64,000 nucleotides of DNA from Halobacteriota archaeon. Lineage in GTDB: Archaea; Halobacteriota; Bog-38; Methanoflorentales; Methanoflorentaceae. The position numbers were made by a program, and so were the translations under genes. Location: positions 37,595 through 101,594 of the forward strand of contig JBEKER010000001.1 of the NCBI GenBank assembly GCA_050013755.1, read 5' to 3'. The notes beneath the pieces are model-generated. The model made no database searches and was not told the origin of the DNA. It saw only the letters and a program-made list of their open reading frames with translations. Positions 39,523 to 49,754 of the stretch are shown in pieces (positions within the stretch are counted from its first letter, which is position 1; the number at the start of each line of letters is the position of its first letter).

Positions 39523-39888
39523 GTGGTAAATAGAGTTACGTCTAAGCAACCGCGAAAACAGCGGAAAGCGCGAATTGATGCTCCTCTCCACGTGCGTCAG
39601 AAGTATCTGCACGCGCCTCTCGAAAAGAAGCTTGCGGATAAATATAAGCGCCGAAGGGTTCAAATACGGAAAGGAGACACAGTAAAGGTGCTTCGTGGGG
39701 ACTCCCGCGATCATGAAGGAAAGGTGGCGAAGGTTAACCTCAAAGAGGAGTCGATCGAAATTGACGGCGTAACGGTGCACAAGGCCGATGGGTCTGAGGT
39801 GGCACGACCCATACATCCTTCAAACGTGATAATTACAAAGCTTGAGCTCAAAGACAAACTCAGGACCAGTAAACTAGAGGAGGAATAG
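39523..39888 (+). CDS. rpl24: 50S ribosomal protein L24 (uL24)
   Basis: 'SKQPRKQRK' + KOW 'IRKGDTVKVLRGDSRDHEGKVAKV'. Confidence 0.9.
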   Translation: MVNRVTSKQPRKQRKARIDAPLHVRQKYLHAPLEKKLADKYKRRRVQIRKGDTVKVLRGDSRDHEGKVAKVNLKEESIEIDGVTVHKADGSEVARPIHPSNVIITKLELKDKLRTSKLEEE

Positions 39889-39889
39889 C

Positions 39890-40561
39890 GTGCACCAAAA
39901 AAGGATCTCTGCACCAAAAAGCTGGCCAATCGCAAAAAAGACTGCTCACTGGGTCACCGCTCCTTCGCCCGGCGCACACTCGAGAGAGGCAGTCCCAATA
40001 CTAGTCGTGCTGAGGGACATGTTGCACCTTGCCGACAACGCAAAAGAGGCGAAGCGGATTTTGCATAACGGAAGCGTGACGGTGAACGGGCGCGTGGTAA
40101 AGAAGCACAAAGCTCACGTTGGCCTGTTCGACGTGTTTGCGACTGCAGGCAAAAGCTACCGCATGCTCCCCAACCCCCGGGGCAAGTACGAGCTAACTCA
40201 GATAGACGATGAGGAAGCGAAGCGCAAGCTGGTCCGTATTGACAACATTACGGTCGTGAGAGGGGGCAAGCTTCAGTACAACTTCCACGATGGGACGAAT
40301 GTACAGCTCGAAGAAAAATACAGCACTGGTGACTCACTTGTCTTTTCACTGCCTGATTACCGCGTTGTTGACCGATATGAGCGCAAAGCCGGCAACAAAG
40401 CCATGATCGTGGGAGGAAAACACTCTGGCGAGACTGGCATGATAGTAGAGTTAAGGAAGATGGCGAGCTCGCGTCCGAATATGGTGAGAATTGAACAAGA
40501 CGGCAAACAATTTGAGACCATAGACGACTACGTCTTTGCGACGGGCAGCGGTGGTGACTGA
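39890..40561 (+). CDS. rps4e: 30S ribosomal protein S4e
   Basis: 'MHQKRISAPKSWPIAKKTAHWVTAPSPGAH'. Confidence 0.95.
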   Translation: MHQKRISAPKSWPIAKKTAHWVTAPSPGAHSREAVPILVVLRDMLHLADNAKEAKRILHNGSVTVNGRVVKKHKAHVGLFDVFATAGKSYRMLPNPRGKYELTQIDDEEAKRKLVRIDNITVVRGGKLQYNFHDGTNVQLEEKYSTGDSLVFSLPDYRVVDRYERKAGNKAMIVGGKHSGETGMIVELRKMASSRPNMVRIEQDGKQFETIDDYVFATGSGGD

Positions 40562-40563
40562 TC

Positions 40564-41103
40564 GTGGTTGAGGCCAGTACGGAACAAAAGCAAACTGATA
40601 ACCCTATGACGAAGCCGACGCTTGACAAGGTGACCGTCCATATAAGTGTCGGTGAGGGGGGCCAAAAGCTGATCAACGCGGAGAATATCGTAAAAACTCT
40701 TACCGGGCAAGCCACGGTGCGAACGTCAGCAAAGAAGACGCAACCCATATTCGGGACAAGAAAAGGACAGGCGATAGGATGCAAAACAACTCTTCGAAGA
40801 GAACGAGCAAGCGCGTTTCTTCGCAGCGCGCTTGAGACTAGGCAGAATTTCGTGCACGAGTTTCAGTTTGATGAGACCGGCAACGTGTCATTCGGCATCG
40901 TCGATCACACCGATTTCCCAGGAATGACCTATGACCCCCAAATAGGCATATTTGGCATGGACGTAATTGTGTCACTCAAGAAGCCAGGCTATCGCGTCGC
41001 TCGGCGTCGTGCAGCGCAACGACGCGTTCCCACTGGACATCGGGTTACGCGTGAGCAGGCAATTTCTTTCCTTCAAAACAATTATAACGTGGTGTTGGGA
41101 TAA
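40564..41103 (+). CDS. rpl5: 50S ribosomal protein L5 (uL5)
   Basis: '[28 protein letters not shown]'; the real start may be the internal M at 40606. Confidence 0.9.
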   Translation: MVEASTEQKQTDNPMTKPTLDKVTVHISVGEGGQKLINAENIVKTLTGQATVRTSAKKTQPIFGTRKGQAIGCKTTLRRERASAFLRSALETRQNFVHEFQFDETGNVSFGIVDHTDFPGMTYDPQIGIFGMDVIVSLKKPGYRVARRRAAQRRVPTGHRVTREQAISFLQNNYNVVLG

Positions 41104-41246
41104 TGGTCGAAAAAACACGGCGTGAGGCCCATGAATGCAGGCGCTGTGGACGCAAGCAAGGACTCGTCACGAAGTACGAGATATACCTCTGTCGCCAATG
41201 CTTCCGAGAGATCGCCAGCGACATGCAGTTCGAGAAGTACAACTGA
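41103..41246 (+). CDS. rps14: 30S ribosomal protein S14 (uS14), zinc-binding type Z
   Basis: 47-aa ORF missing from the supplied track (<60 aa): '[47 protein letters not shown]'; ATG overlaps the rpl5 TAA (TAATG); canonical position between rpl5 and rps8. Confidence 0.9.
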   Translation: MVEKTRREAHECRRCGRKQGLVTKYEIYLCRQCFREIASDMQFEKYN

Positions 41247-41257
41247 GGTGATGCAAC

Positions 41258-41650
41258 ATGGTTCTACTGGATCCGCTCGCAAACGCTCTTTCAGCGATTA
41301 AAAACGCCGAAGGCGTCGGTAAGAAAGAATGCTGCATCAAGCCCGTATCAAAGCTTATCGGTAACGTCCTTCGCGTCATGCAGCAAGGGAACTACATAGG
41401 TGATTTTGAGCTCGTCGAAGATGGGAAAACAGGCGTATTCAAGATCGAGTTGCTCGGTAATATCAACCGCTGTGGCGCGATCAAACCGCGAAGTTCTGTT
41501 CACACAACTGATCTCGAAAGATGGGAACAGCGGTATTTGCCGGCGCGCAACTTTGGTTTCCTGATACTGACGACGTCTGCTGGGATACTGACTCACGTTG
41601 AAGCACGAGAACGAGGTATCGGAGGAAAGCTAATAGCGTACTGCTATTAG
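41258..41650 (+). CDS. rps8: 30S ribosomal protein S8 (uS8)
   Basis: '[18 protein letters not shown]' N-terminus. Confidence 0.95.
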   Translation: MVLLDPLANALSAIKNAEGVGKKECCIKPVSKLIGNVLRVMQQGNYIGDFELVEDGKTGVFKIELLGNINRCGAIKPRSSVHTTDLERWEQRYLPARNFGFLILTTSAGILTHVEARERGIGGKLIAYCY

Positions 41651-41660
41651 GTGGCAACCT

Positions 41661-42206
41661 ATGGTCCAAGTCATAGAGAAAGAGGTTCCGATTGCCGGCG
41701 GGGTCCGGGTTGAAGTTCACAACGGAATTGTTAGGGTAGAAGGTCCACGCGGAACACTCGAACGCGACCTTTGGTACCCAAACATCGACATACGTGTCGA
41801 GCCAGATAAGGTGTGTGTCGGGACCACCTTGGACAAGAAGACTCAGAAATCGATCGTAGGCACGTACGCTTCTCACATTGCTAACATGGTCCGAGGGGTA
41901 ACCGAAGGATTTCAATACAAGTTGAAACTGGTATACGCGCATTTTCCCATCCAAGTGAAGGTAGAAGGAAACGTCGTATCGATCGAAAATTTCCTGGGTG
42001 AACGAAAGCCTCGAACCGCCAGAGTCATGGGGGGCTCTCTCGTTGCTATTCAGGGTGACGAGCTAACCGTTACAGGCATCGATAAGGAACACGTAGGACA
42101 AACCGCCGCGAACATCGAGCAAGCGACTCGGATCAAGGGGCGTGACCCGCGCGTGTTTCAAGACGGCATCTACCTCATTGAAAAGGGCCTAGAGGCACGC
42201 ACATGA
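41661..42206 (+). CDS. rpl6: 50S ribosomal protein L6 (uL6)
   Basis: 181 aa; operon position and two-domain pattern. Confidence 0.9.
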   Translation: MVQVIEKEVPIAGGVRVEVHNGIVRVEGPRGTLERDLWYPNIDIRVEPDKVCVGTTLDKKTQKSIVGTYASHIANMVRGVTEGFQYKLKLVYAHFPIQVKVEGNVVSIENFLGERKPRTARVMGGSLVAIQGDELTVTGIDKEHVGQTAANIEQATRIKGRDPRVFQDGIYLIEKGLEART

Positions 42207-42808
42207 AGGTTTTGAATGAAATGAATGACACTCAAATTAGAGCGCTGATAGAGGCGGGGTACCGAACGGTGGACGATCTCAAGGGAGTGACCGCGGACGA
42301 ACTTGCAAACGCAGGCCTCGATGCCGACCTTGCACAGCGAGTTGCACAAGAGTCAATTTCATTCAAGCACACGGAATTCAGCGATAAACACAAGCATTTG
42401 CTCCTCGTTCGTAAGCGGCACGACAAACCCTGGTTCAAGCGCGACGATTACGAGAAGAAAAAGAAGCTAAGCTCGAGCTGGAGAAAACCACGTGGACTGT
42501 TCAACAAGATGCGGCGGGGGTTTCCGGATAAGGGCCCGGTTGTGCAAGTAGGATACGGCGCACCAAGCGCGATAAGGGGTTTTCATCCATCAGGATTCGA
42601 AGAAGTGCTCGTCAACACTCTAGCTGATCTGGACGATGCGACGCCTCAGCAAGCCGTCAGGATAGGTCGTACGGTCGGCGCCCGCAAGAAGCAAGCCATT
42701 CTTGAGCGGGCGTTTGCCAAGGGCTTGAAGGTGCTCAATCCAGGACTAAAAGCTCAGGCCGCGGACAAAGACGATGGAACGACGGCTACAACGGAGGAGA
42801 AGCAGTGA
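42203..42808 (+). CDS. rpl32e: 50S ribosomal protein L32e with N-terminal HhH-like extension and C-terminal extension
   Basis: core 'LLLVRKRHDKPWFKRDDYEKKKKLSSSWRKPRGLFNKMRRGFPDKGPVVQVGYG' plus ~50 aa N-terminal 'DTQIRALIEAGYRTVDDLKGVTADELANAGL'. Confidence 0.8.
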   Translation: MKVLNEMNDTQIRALIEAGYRTVDDLKGVTADELANAGLDADLAQRVAQESISFKHTEFSDKHKHLLLVRKRHDKPWFKRDDYEKKKKLSSSWRKPRGLFNKMRRGFPDKGPVVQVGYGAPSAIRGFHPSGFEEVLVNTLADLDDATPQQAVRIGRTVGARKKQAILERAFAKGLKVLNPGLKAQAADKDDGTTATTEEKQ

Positions 42809-43263
42809 CCAGCTTATCGAACCAAAAGCGACTCGCTGCTGAGGTGCTTGGTGTTGGGGAAAGCAGAATATGGCTCGATCCGGAAAAGGTCACGGACGTC
42901 GCAAACGCTATCACCCGAGAAGATGTGCGCGGGCTCATAAAGGATGGTACCGTGAAATTTAAGCAAGCACAGGGCATCAGCCGCGGACGGGCACGCGGAA
43001 ACGATGCTAAGCGCAAGAAGGGCCATAAAACCGGGCAAGGGACTCGTAAAGGAGCAAAGAATGCCCGAAGCCCTAAGAAGCAGCTGTGGATGCGCAGGAT
43101 CCGAGCGCAGAGAAGGACTCTGCGCGTCTTGCGGGCTAACAACACGCTCGATCGAACCACATATCGTCGCATGTATAGGAAGGCGAAAGGTGGCGAGTAT
43201 CGAACTGTAGGCGTACTGAGCACTCAAGCTGAAATCGCCATGGCCACGCGGAGGCAGAAATAA
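42805..43263 (+). CDS. rpl19e: 50S ribosomal protein L19e
   Basis: 'LSNQKRLAAEVLGVGESRIWLDPEK'. Confidence 0.9.
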   Translation: MTSLSNQKRLAAEVLGVGESRIWLDPEKVTDVANAITREDVRGLIKDGTVKFKQAQGISRGRARGNDAKRKKGHKTGQGTRKGAKNARSPKKQLWMRRIRAQRRTLRVLRANNTLDRTTYRRMYRKAKGGEYRTVGVLSTQAEIAMATRRQK

Positions 43264-43856
43264 TGGCGATCGGTCCGCGATATCAGGTTGCTTTTCGACG
43301 GAGGCGAGACGGAAAGACGAACTACCATAAGCGGCTAGGTCTGATGCTTTCAGAATGGCCTCGCGTCGTCGTGCGAAAAACCGGACGCAATTTGATCGTG
43401 CAGCTTGTCGAACACGGAACTGCGGGTGATCGGACGTTGACATCCGCAAACGCGCTCGAGCTAAAAACGCTCGGCTACAAGGGTCCTACCGGGAACACAC
43501 CCGCTGCGTACCTGACCGGGCTGCTTTTTGCAAGTCGAGCGCTTGCAGCTGGCCATTCGAAAGGGGTGCTCGATCTGGGACTTAATGCAAATTCACGAGG
43601 ATCGCGAACTTACGCCGCCTTGCAGGGCGCCGTTGAAGCGGGGCTCGACATTCCGCACAGTCGTCAGCCGCTTCCTGCGCCTGCTAGGCTGCACGGAGAG
43701 CATATTGTCGCGTATGCAGCCGATAACCCAACGCGTTTCACGCGTTATGGCTTAGAACCCAAAGACCTTCCAAATCATATTGACGCGGTGAAGCAACGTA
43801 TAATCGAGCACGCTGCGCAGGAACGAACAGAGGATACAGGGGCACACAATGGCTGA
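43263..43856 (+). CDS. rpl18: 50S ribosomal protein L18 (uL18)
   Basis: '[37 protein letters not shown]'. Confidence 0.9.
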   Translation: MAIGPRYQVAFRRRRDGKTNYHKRLGLMLSEWPRVVVRKTGRNLIVQLVEHGTAGDRTLTSANALELKTLGYKGPTGNTPAAYLTGLLFASRALAAGHSKGVLDLGLNANSRGSRTYAALQGAVEAGLDIPHSRQPLPAPARLHGEHIVAYAADNPTRFTRYGLEPKDLPNHIDAVKQRIIEHAAQERTEDTGAHNG

Positions 43857-44469
43857 AAGGAGAGAGGGATGGACACCGAAGACGAGGTTAGGACACCTTG
43901 TTTATGAGGGCAAAATAACGACGTTCGACGATGCTGTAGCCACTGGGCATCCGGTCAAGGAACCCGAAATCATCGATGTTCTCTTGCCTGAGCTGTCAGA
44001 CGAGGTCTTAGATATCAACATGGTGCAGCGAATGACGGATTCTGGTAGGCGCGTGAAGTTTCGAGCCGCGGTGGCAATCGGCAATCGCGACGGATACATA
44101 GGCTTCGCCGAAACCAAGGATCTGCAAGCGGGACCCGCAATACGGAAAGCAATTGAAACTGCTAAGCTGAATCTCATCAAGATAAATCGCGGCTGTGGCT
44201 CGTGGGAATGTGGCTGCGGAGAAGCGCATACCGTTCCTTACACCGTCCGAGGTAAGGCGGGCTCCGTGACCGTTGCCCTGAAACCAGCGCCACGAGGCCT
44301 TGGCATAACGTCAGGCGGCACCGCGCGGAAGGTGCTTCAGCTTGCGGGCATAAAAGACGTGTGGACGCGATCGTCAGGACAAACGCGTACGACCATCAAC
44401 TTTGCTCGCGCTACGTTTGAAGCGCTCAAGGCAACAACAACGGTGCGAATCGGCGGTGGAACGCAATGA
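43849..44469 (+). CDS. rps5: 30S ribosomal protein S5 (uS5)
   Basis: 206 aa; dsRBD + S5 C-terminal domain; operon position. Confidence 0.9.
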   Translation: MAERREGWTPKTRLGHLVYEGKITTFDDAVATGHPVKEPEIIDVLLPELSDEVLDINMVQRMTDSGRRVKFRAAVAIGNRDGYIGFAETKDLQAGPAIRKAIETAKLNLIKINRGCGSWECGCGEAHTVPYTVRGKAGSVTVALKPAPRGLGITSGGTARKVLQLAGIKDVWTRSSGQTRTTINFARATFEALKATTTVRIGGGTQ

Positions 44470-44927
44470 CGTACGCCGTTGTTAAGATGCGTGGGACGGT
44501 AAAGACAAAACCCGACGTGCGGCGCACGCTCGAGTTATTAAATCTTAGTAGGACCAATCACTGCGTTCTCATCGAGGACAACGCGCATTATAACGGCATG
44601 CTCCAAAAGGTGAAAGATTATGTGGCGTGGGGCACCATCGACGGTGCAACCCTCGGTGTGCTGCTTGAAGGAAGGGGTGCGCTAGAGGGTCATACGCGAC
44701 TTACTAACGCGCACATCAAAGACCACACCGATTTTGATGACATTAACTCGCTTGCGACAGCAGTTGCCAGCGGAACGGCGACGTTGCAGGATGTGCCTGA
44801 CCTAAAACCTGTGCTAAGGCTCCATCCGCCGCGCAAAGGCCACAGGGGCATAAAAAAACCGTTTCCAGAAGGTGTTCTTGGATTCCACGGCAGCGAAATT
44901 AACGAATTGCTTCTCAAAATGAGGTAG
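44466..44927 (+). CDS. rpl30: 50S ribosomal protein L30 (uL30)
   Basis: '[25 protein letters not shown]'. Confidence 0.9.
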   Translation: MTYAVVKMRGTVKTKPDVRRTLELLNLSRTNHCVLIEDNAHYNGMLQKVKDYVAWGTIDGATLGVLLEGRGALEGHTRLTNAHIKDHTDFDDINSLATAVASGTATLQDVPDLKPVLRLHPPRKGHRGIKKPFPEGVLGFHGSEINELLLKMR

Positions 44928-44930
44928 ATA

Positions 44931-45359
44931 ATGGGTGTCAAAAACAAGGCCAAGAAGTTTCGAGGAAGCCGCACGTGTGGCGGCGGCACTCATAAGAACC
45001 GTCGCGGAGCCGGAAGCCGAGGAGGACGTGGCCATGCAGGCGGTTGCAAGCACCATTTTTTGAAGGAGCTTTTGCTTGGCCGGGGTTATGGCAGTTATGG
45101 GTTCGTGAGGCCGCAAAAGGTGCTCAAGTACCCGACAATGATTGACGTAGGTGCTCTTGACGAAACTGCTGAGCGACTTGTGGAACTAAAGCAGGCTAAG
45201 GTGCGCACCGGCAAGTATTATATCACGCTCGATGTCGACAAAGTGCTGGGAAAGGGCCGCGTAACTAAGCCGCTTATCGTAACAGCACGAGGTTTTTCGA
45301 AACGAGCACAAGAGAAGTTAGAATCAGCAGGCGGGAAAGTAAAAATCGCAGAGCCATGA
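44931..45359 (+). CDS. rpl15: 50S ribosomal protein L15 (uL15)
   Basis: Gly/Arg-rich N-terminus '[27 protein letters not shown]'. Confidence 0.9.
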   Translation: MGVKNKAKKFRGSRTCGGGTHKNRRGAGSRGGRGHAGGCKHHFLKELLLGRGYGSYGFVRPQKVLKYPTMIDVGALDETAERLVELKQAKVRTGKYYITLDVDKVLGKGRVTKPLIVTARGFSKRAQEKLESAGGKVKIAEP

Positions 45360-45404
45360 CCTTCTGCCAGTGATCGACACGTAATCAGTTAAGCGCAGTG
45401 AATC

Positions 45405-46862
45405 ATGAGCGAGCACCCAACGATAGATAGGATTGAGCCCCTCCTGCAGAGACTTCCTGCGGTTTCTAAGCCCGAAGGGCACGTGCACTTCAGACGGAAG
45501 CTCACGTGGACGATTGGCGTCTTACTCATATATTTCATCTTAACGAACGTCCGCCTTTTTGGACTTTCACCTGCGTCACAGGACCTTTTCGGCTTCTACC
45601 GCGCAATAATGGCCGGAAGCCAAGGCAGCCTCGTTCAGCTCGGCATTGGTCCAATCGTGACCGCGTCGATCATACTGCAGCTCTTCAAGGGCGCGGACAT
45701 CATAAAGCTTGACACGAGCGATCCTCGAGACCAATCGGCCTACCAGCAGTTGCAGAAGCTTCTGATCTTCGTCATGATTGTCGTTGAAGCCGCGCCGCAG
45801 GTGCTTGGAGGTTTCCTCCAACCTGACCCGGCTATTGCTGCTTCTACTGGCATCGGGCTTCACGGCATTTCCTTGCTTATATTTATCCAGGTTTGCATAG
45901 GCGGCGTGCTCGTGCTGTTTCTGGATGAAATTGTGAGTAAATGGGGAATTGGCTCGGGAGTCGGCATTTTTATCGTGGCCGGAGTTGCCCAAGGCTTGGT
46001 AACTGGGACCATTAATTGGATAACCAATCCTTCGACCGGATTGCCGGTGGGCTGGATCCCAGGCTTGTTTGAAATCTTCCGGACCTTCACCGTGCAGCAA
46101 CTGCTTACCGCACAAGGAATACTATTCCTGCTTAATCAGGGCCAAATTTTGGCCATCATAAGCACGGTGGGTATATTCGCAGTTGTTGTCTACGTTGAAA
46201 CCACGCGCATAGAGATTCCTCTGGCGCACAGTTCCGTGCGCGGCGCGCGAGGCAGATTCCCGGTGAAGCTCGTCTACGCGAGCGTGTTGCCGTTAATACT
46301 AGTTCGGGCACTTCAGGCGAACATTCAGATGATTGGTATCCTCCTTTACAACGCTGGGTTCACTTGGGTCGGGACGTATGTGAACAATCAGCCGACAAGC
46401 GGCCTGATGTATTATCTGGCGCCAATCAATGGCCCGAGTAACTGGATCCCCGGGTTAACCACGAACCCGGGATGGCAAATCGCGCTGCGGTCAGGAATTG
46501 ACATCTCCTTTATGGTCATCGGGGGGATCATATTCGCCCTCTTCTGGGTGGAGACTACTGGCATGGGCCCAAAGGCCGTTTCCGAGCAAATTCAAAGTTC
46601 CGGGATGTCTATCCCCGGCTTCCGCCGCGATCCTAAGATCATCGAACGGGTTATGAAGCGGTACATTCCGAAAGTAACCGTCATAGGGGGTGCTTTCATA
46701 GGGTTATTGGCGGTCGTTGCGGGTTTTTTGGGAACCATAGGAAACGTGGGCGGCACAGCGTTGCTGCTCGCGGTGAGCATCACGTACACGCTTTACGAGC
46801 AGCTTGCCAATGAAGAAATGATGGAGATGCACCCGATGCTGCGCGGCTTCTTGGGAGGGTAA
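45405..46862 (+). CDS. secY: preprotein translocase subunit SecY
   Basis: 485 aa, 10 TM; follows rpl15 as in all archaea. Confidence 0.95.
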   Translation: MSEHPTIDRIEPLLQRLPAVSKPEGHVHFRRKLTWTIGVLLIYFILTNVRLFGLSPASQDLFGFYRAIMAGSQGSLVQLGIGPIVTASIILQLFKGADIIKLDTSDPRDQSAYQQLQKLLIFVMIVVEAAPQVLGGFLQPDPAIAASTGIGLHGISLLIFIQVCIGGVLVLFLDEIVSKWGIGSGVGIFIVAGVAQGLVTGTINWITNPSTGLPVGWIPGLFEIFRTFTVQQLLTAQGILFLLNQGQILAIISTVGIFAVVVYVETTRIEIPLAHSSVRGARGRFPVKLVYASVLPLILVRALQANIQMIGILLYNAGFTWVGTYVNNQPTSGLMYYLAPINGPSNWIPGLTTNPGWQIALRSGIDISFMVIGGIIFALFWVETTGMGPKAVSEQIQSSGMSIPGFRRDPKIIERVMKRYIPKVTVIGGAFIGLLAVVAGFLGTIGNVGGTALLLAVSITYTLYEQLANEEMMEMHPMLRGFLGG

Positions 46863-47025
46863 CTTCTCTAACGCTGACATCGATTCTCTTGACTTCGAAG
46901 CTAAGTTGGCATTTTGCTGCGCGTCCATAGGCGTTTTGATCGCAGGAGCGGCTTTGATGGGCGAAGCTGCCCCTCTACGATTGCGTAAGTTAAAGTAGGA
47001 TGGTTAGGATAGTTCCTTACACAAA

Positions 47026-47616
47026 TTGGGGCAACAAATGCGGAAAGTAGTAATTCTGACGGGAGTTCCAGCAAGCGGCGGGACGACGGTTACAAGGAAA
47101 GCTATTGAACGCTTGGAAGCACAGGGCCAGCCTTTGAAAATGGTCACCTACAGCGACGTGATGCTGGATGAGGCGTTGCAGCGCGGCTGGGTTAAGATAA
47201 GAGATGACATCCGAAAGCTAGATCCAGCTAGGCAGCGCGATCTCCAAAAGACTGCCGCGCGGACGATATCAAAAATGGCTACGACGCCGCTTGTTGTTGA
47301 CACGCACGCAACGGTGCGAACGCCGGCCGGGTACCTTCCTGGTTTGCCTACATGGGTTTTGGACGAACTTGAGCCCGAACTCATACTTATTGTCGAAACA
47401 GCACCTAACGAAATTATTCGGCGCAGAAATGCAGACAAGTCACGACAACGCGACGCGCAAGATGCGACGGGTGTTCAGGAGCACCAGGAAGTTAACAAAG
47501 CAATATGCATGGCGTACGCCGCACACACGGGAGCAACGGTCAAGATACTGCAAAATCCCGACGGAAAGGTTGATGAGGCAGTTGCTGAACTGGTGGCCAC
47601 GCTGCAGAAAGACTGA
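47026..47616 (+). CDS. adkA: adenylate kinase, archaeal type (AdkA)
   Basis: 'MRKVVILTGVPASGGTTV' P-loop (true start is probably the M at 47038). Confidence 0.85.
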   Translation: MGQQMRKVVILTGVPASGGTTVTRKAIERLEAQGQPLKMVTYSDVMLDEALQRGWVKIRDDIRKLDPARQRDLQKTAARTISKMATTPLVVDTHATVRTPAGYLPGLPTWVLDELEPELILIVETAPNEIIRRRNADKSRQRDAQDATGVQEHQEVNKAICMAYAAHTGATVKILQNPDGKVDEAVAELVATLQKD

Positions 47617-47648
47617 GCTCATCTCCAGCGCTTAGCGGGTGTGCGATC

Positions 47649-48176
47649 GTGTTGCTTACCATTAGCGGATTTGCAGGCAGCGGCAAGACGACGGTAGCAA
47701 CCGGTTTATCGCGGGAACTCGGCTTTGTACACATCTCGGCGGGAGATGTATTCAGGGAACTCGCACGCGAGCGCGCAATGAGTCTCGAGCAGTTGAGCAA
47801 GCTTGCGGAAATAGAACCGGAAATCGACAAAATGATTGATCGACGACAAGCCGAGCTCGCGCAGTCGCGAGAACACGCGGTCGTCGACGGGCGGCTTTCG
47901 GGCTGGGTTCTCAAAGCTGACATCGCCGTTTGGCTCAAAGCGCCTTTAGAAGTACGAGCACAGCGAATAGCGGGAAGAGAAGGCAAGCGGCAGGCCGCCG
48001 CTCTGCACGAAACACGCCTGCGTGACAGCAGCGAGACCGCGAGATATCACACGTTTTATGATATCGACGTGACGAACCTTGACATCTATGATCTTGTCAT
48101 AGATACAACGCACTGGGACCAATACGCTGTCATCGCTATCATCGCGCAGGCCGTGAATGCGTTCCGGGAAAGTTGA
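47649..48176 (+). CDS. cmk: cytidylate kinase, archaeal type
   Basis: 'MLLTISGFAGSGKTTVATGLSRELGFVHISAGDVFRELA'. Confidence 0.85.
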   Translation: MLLTISGFAGSGKTTVATGLSRELGFVHISAGDVFRELARERAMSLEQLSKLAEIEPEIDKMIDRRQAELAQSREHAVVDGRLSGWVLKADIAVWLKAPLEVRAQRIAGREGKRQAAALHETRLRDSSETARYHTFYDIDVTNLDIYDLVIDTTHWDQYAVIAIIAQAVNAFRES

Positions 48177-48182
48177 CAAACG

Positions 48183-49106
48183 ATGACGAATCCTATTGCG
48201 CAGCAACGGACCATAGACGAGTTGCTTCAAAAAGGCGTCATAAATCTCGATAAACCAGCCGGACCTACGAGTCACGAAGTAGCCGCGTGGGTAAAACGAA
48301 TTTTGCATATTAAGAAAGCGGGCCACATCGGGACGCTGGATCCTAAGGTTACCGGTGTGCTCCCGATATTGTTGCAAGATGCGACAAGGGCAGTGGGGGC
48401 GCTGGCGAACTTGCCCAAGGAATACGTTTGTGTAATCCATCTACATAAGACGGTTCCCGACCCCTTGGTGCGGGACATACTGAGGGAGTTTACCGGTGTG
48501 CTATATCAGCGCCCACCTCTTAAGTCGGCGGTAAGGCGTCAAATTCGCAAACGCGAGATTTATTACATCGACGTGCTCGAACGGCAGGGGAACGACGTCC
48601 TCTTCAAAGTGGGATGTGAAGCCGGAACGTACATTCGCAAGCTGTGCCACGACGTCGGCGAAGCGCTAGGGGTGGGAGCGCACATGCAGGAGCTCCGCAG
48701 AACCAAGGCAGGTCCGTTTGATGAATCGAAGCTGAGCACATTGCACGATTTGACAGACGCATACTATTTTTGGATCGAAGATAACGATGAAGTTCCGCTG
48801 CGAGACATCGTAATGCCAGTCGAGCGCGCACTTACCCACCTTCCAAAAATTATCATTAGAGATACTGCCGTGGACGCTATTTGCCACGGGGCCCGACTCG
48901 CAGAACCTGGCGTCATCTCGTTACCGGATGTTGCCACGAAACAGCTGGTCGGTATTTATACGACGCGCGACGAGATTGTCGCTCTCGGCATCTCTGTACT
49001 CCAAGGCGGAGTCATCGCCGAAGTCAAAAGAGTGATGATGGAGCCTGGTACGTACCCCCGCTATTGGAAGTCTAGAAAAATACGCAAGCACGAAGAAGGC
49101 GCGTAA
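48183..49106 (+). CDS. cbf5: H/ACA RNP pseudouridine synthase Cbf5 (TruB family + PUA)
   Basis: 'LDKPAGPTSHEVAAWVKRILHIKKAGHIGTLDPKVTGVLPI' catalytic Asp motif; C-terminal PUA. Confidence 0.9.
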   Translation: MTNPIAQQRTIDELLQKGVINLDKPAGPTSHEVAAWVKRILHIKKAGHIGTLDPKVTGVLPILLQDATRAVGALANLPKEYVCVIHLHKTVPDPLVRDILREFTGVLYQRPPLKSAVRRQIRKREIYYIDVLERQGNDVLFKVGCEAGTYIRKLCHDVGEALGVGAHMQELRRTKAGPFDESKLSTLHDLTDAYYFWIEDNDEVPLRDIVMPVERALTHLPKIIIRDTAVDAICHGARLAEPGVISLPDVATKQLVGIYTTRDEIVALGISVLQGGVIAEVKRVMMEPGTYPRYWKSRKIRKHEEGA

Positions 49107-49256
49107 CTCCTCGTCGCCGCTTCGAGCAGCATGAACGCACGTGAGCAAAACAATTTTGATTTCAGCCAATAAGCGGGTTCCATATACGCCTGCGTTCGTT
49201 CCTATAACGCGCGTCTCGCGCCAAGCGATCACATTTTAACTTTTGAGGTTTAACTA

Positions 49257-49754
49257 GTGCCAATGAAGATATGCGCAGTGTATGGATTCTCTAAATCGGG
49301 GAAGACCACTACCGTCGTTGAGATCCTAAAGGAGCTGCGATCGCGTGGTTATTCGGTTTCCACGATAAAGGACGTCCACGTAGAAAACTTCGTCTTCGAT
49401 GTTGTTGGAAAAGATACGTGGCGCCACTGGAAAGCTGGAGCCGAAGTTGTTGGCCTGCGGGCGCCCGACGAAAGCGTTCTTATGATAAAACGACCAGTGA
49501 TGCTTGATGAACTGATACGATATATCACCAGCGATTACTTGGTTCTTGAGGGATTTAAGGGCGCGAGTCTGCCGAAGATACTATGTGCAACAGACGAAGA
49601 GCGCTTGAAAGATGGATTGCAGAGCACGGTTTTTTGTATTTCAGGATTAGTGTCTGAGCACCTCTCGAATTACAAGGGCGTACCGGTGATAAACGCACTT
49701 CTTAATGCCCCAGATTTGGTGGATCTTGTGGAGCGCAAGAGCCTCAAGCTTTAG
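49257..49754 (+). CDS. mobB: molybdopterin-guanine dinucleotide biosynthesis adapter protein MobB-like P-loop GTPase
   Basis: 'KICAVYGFSKSGKTTTVVEILKELRSRGYSVSTIKDVH'. Confidence 0.75.
   Translation: MPMKICAVYGFSKSGKTTTVVEILKELRSRGYSVSTIKDVHVENFVFDVVGKDTWRHWKAGAEVVGLRAPDESVLMIKRPVMLDELIRYITSDYLVLEGFKGASLPKILCATDEERLKDGLQSTVFCISGLVSEHLSNYKGVPVINALLNAPDLVDLVERKSLKL

Noticed and set aside
33247-49106. Haloarchaeal origin, suggested by short Nop5, extended L32e and PGF-CTERM
   Set aside because: Encoded proteins are not acid-shifted (r-proteins strongly basic, ordinary Asp/Glu content) and GC is only about 55%, which is inconsistent with Halobacteria. Lineage left as unspecified euryarchaeon
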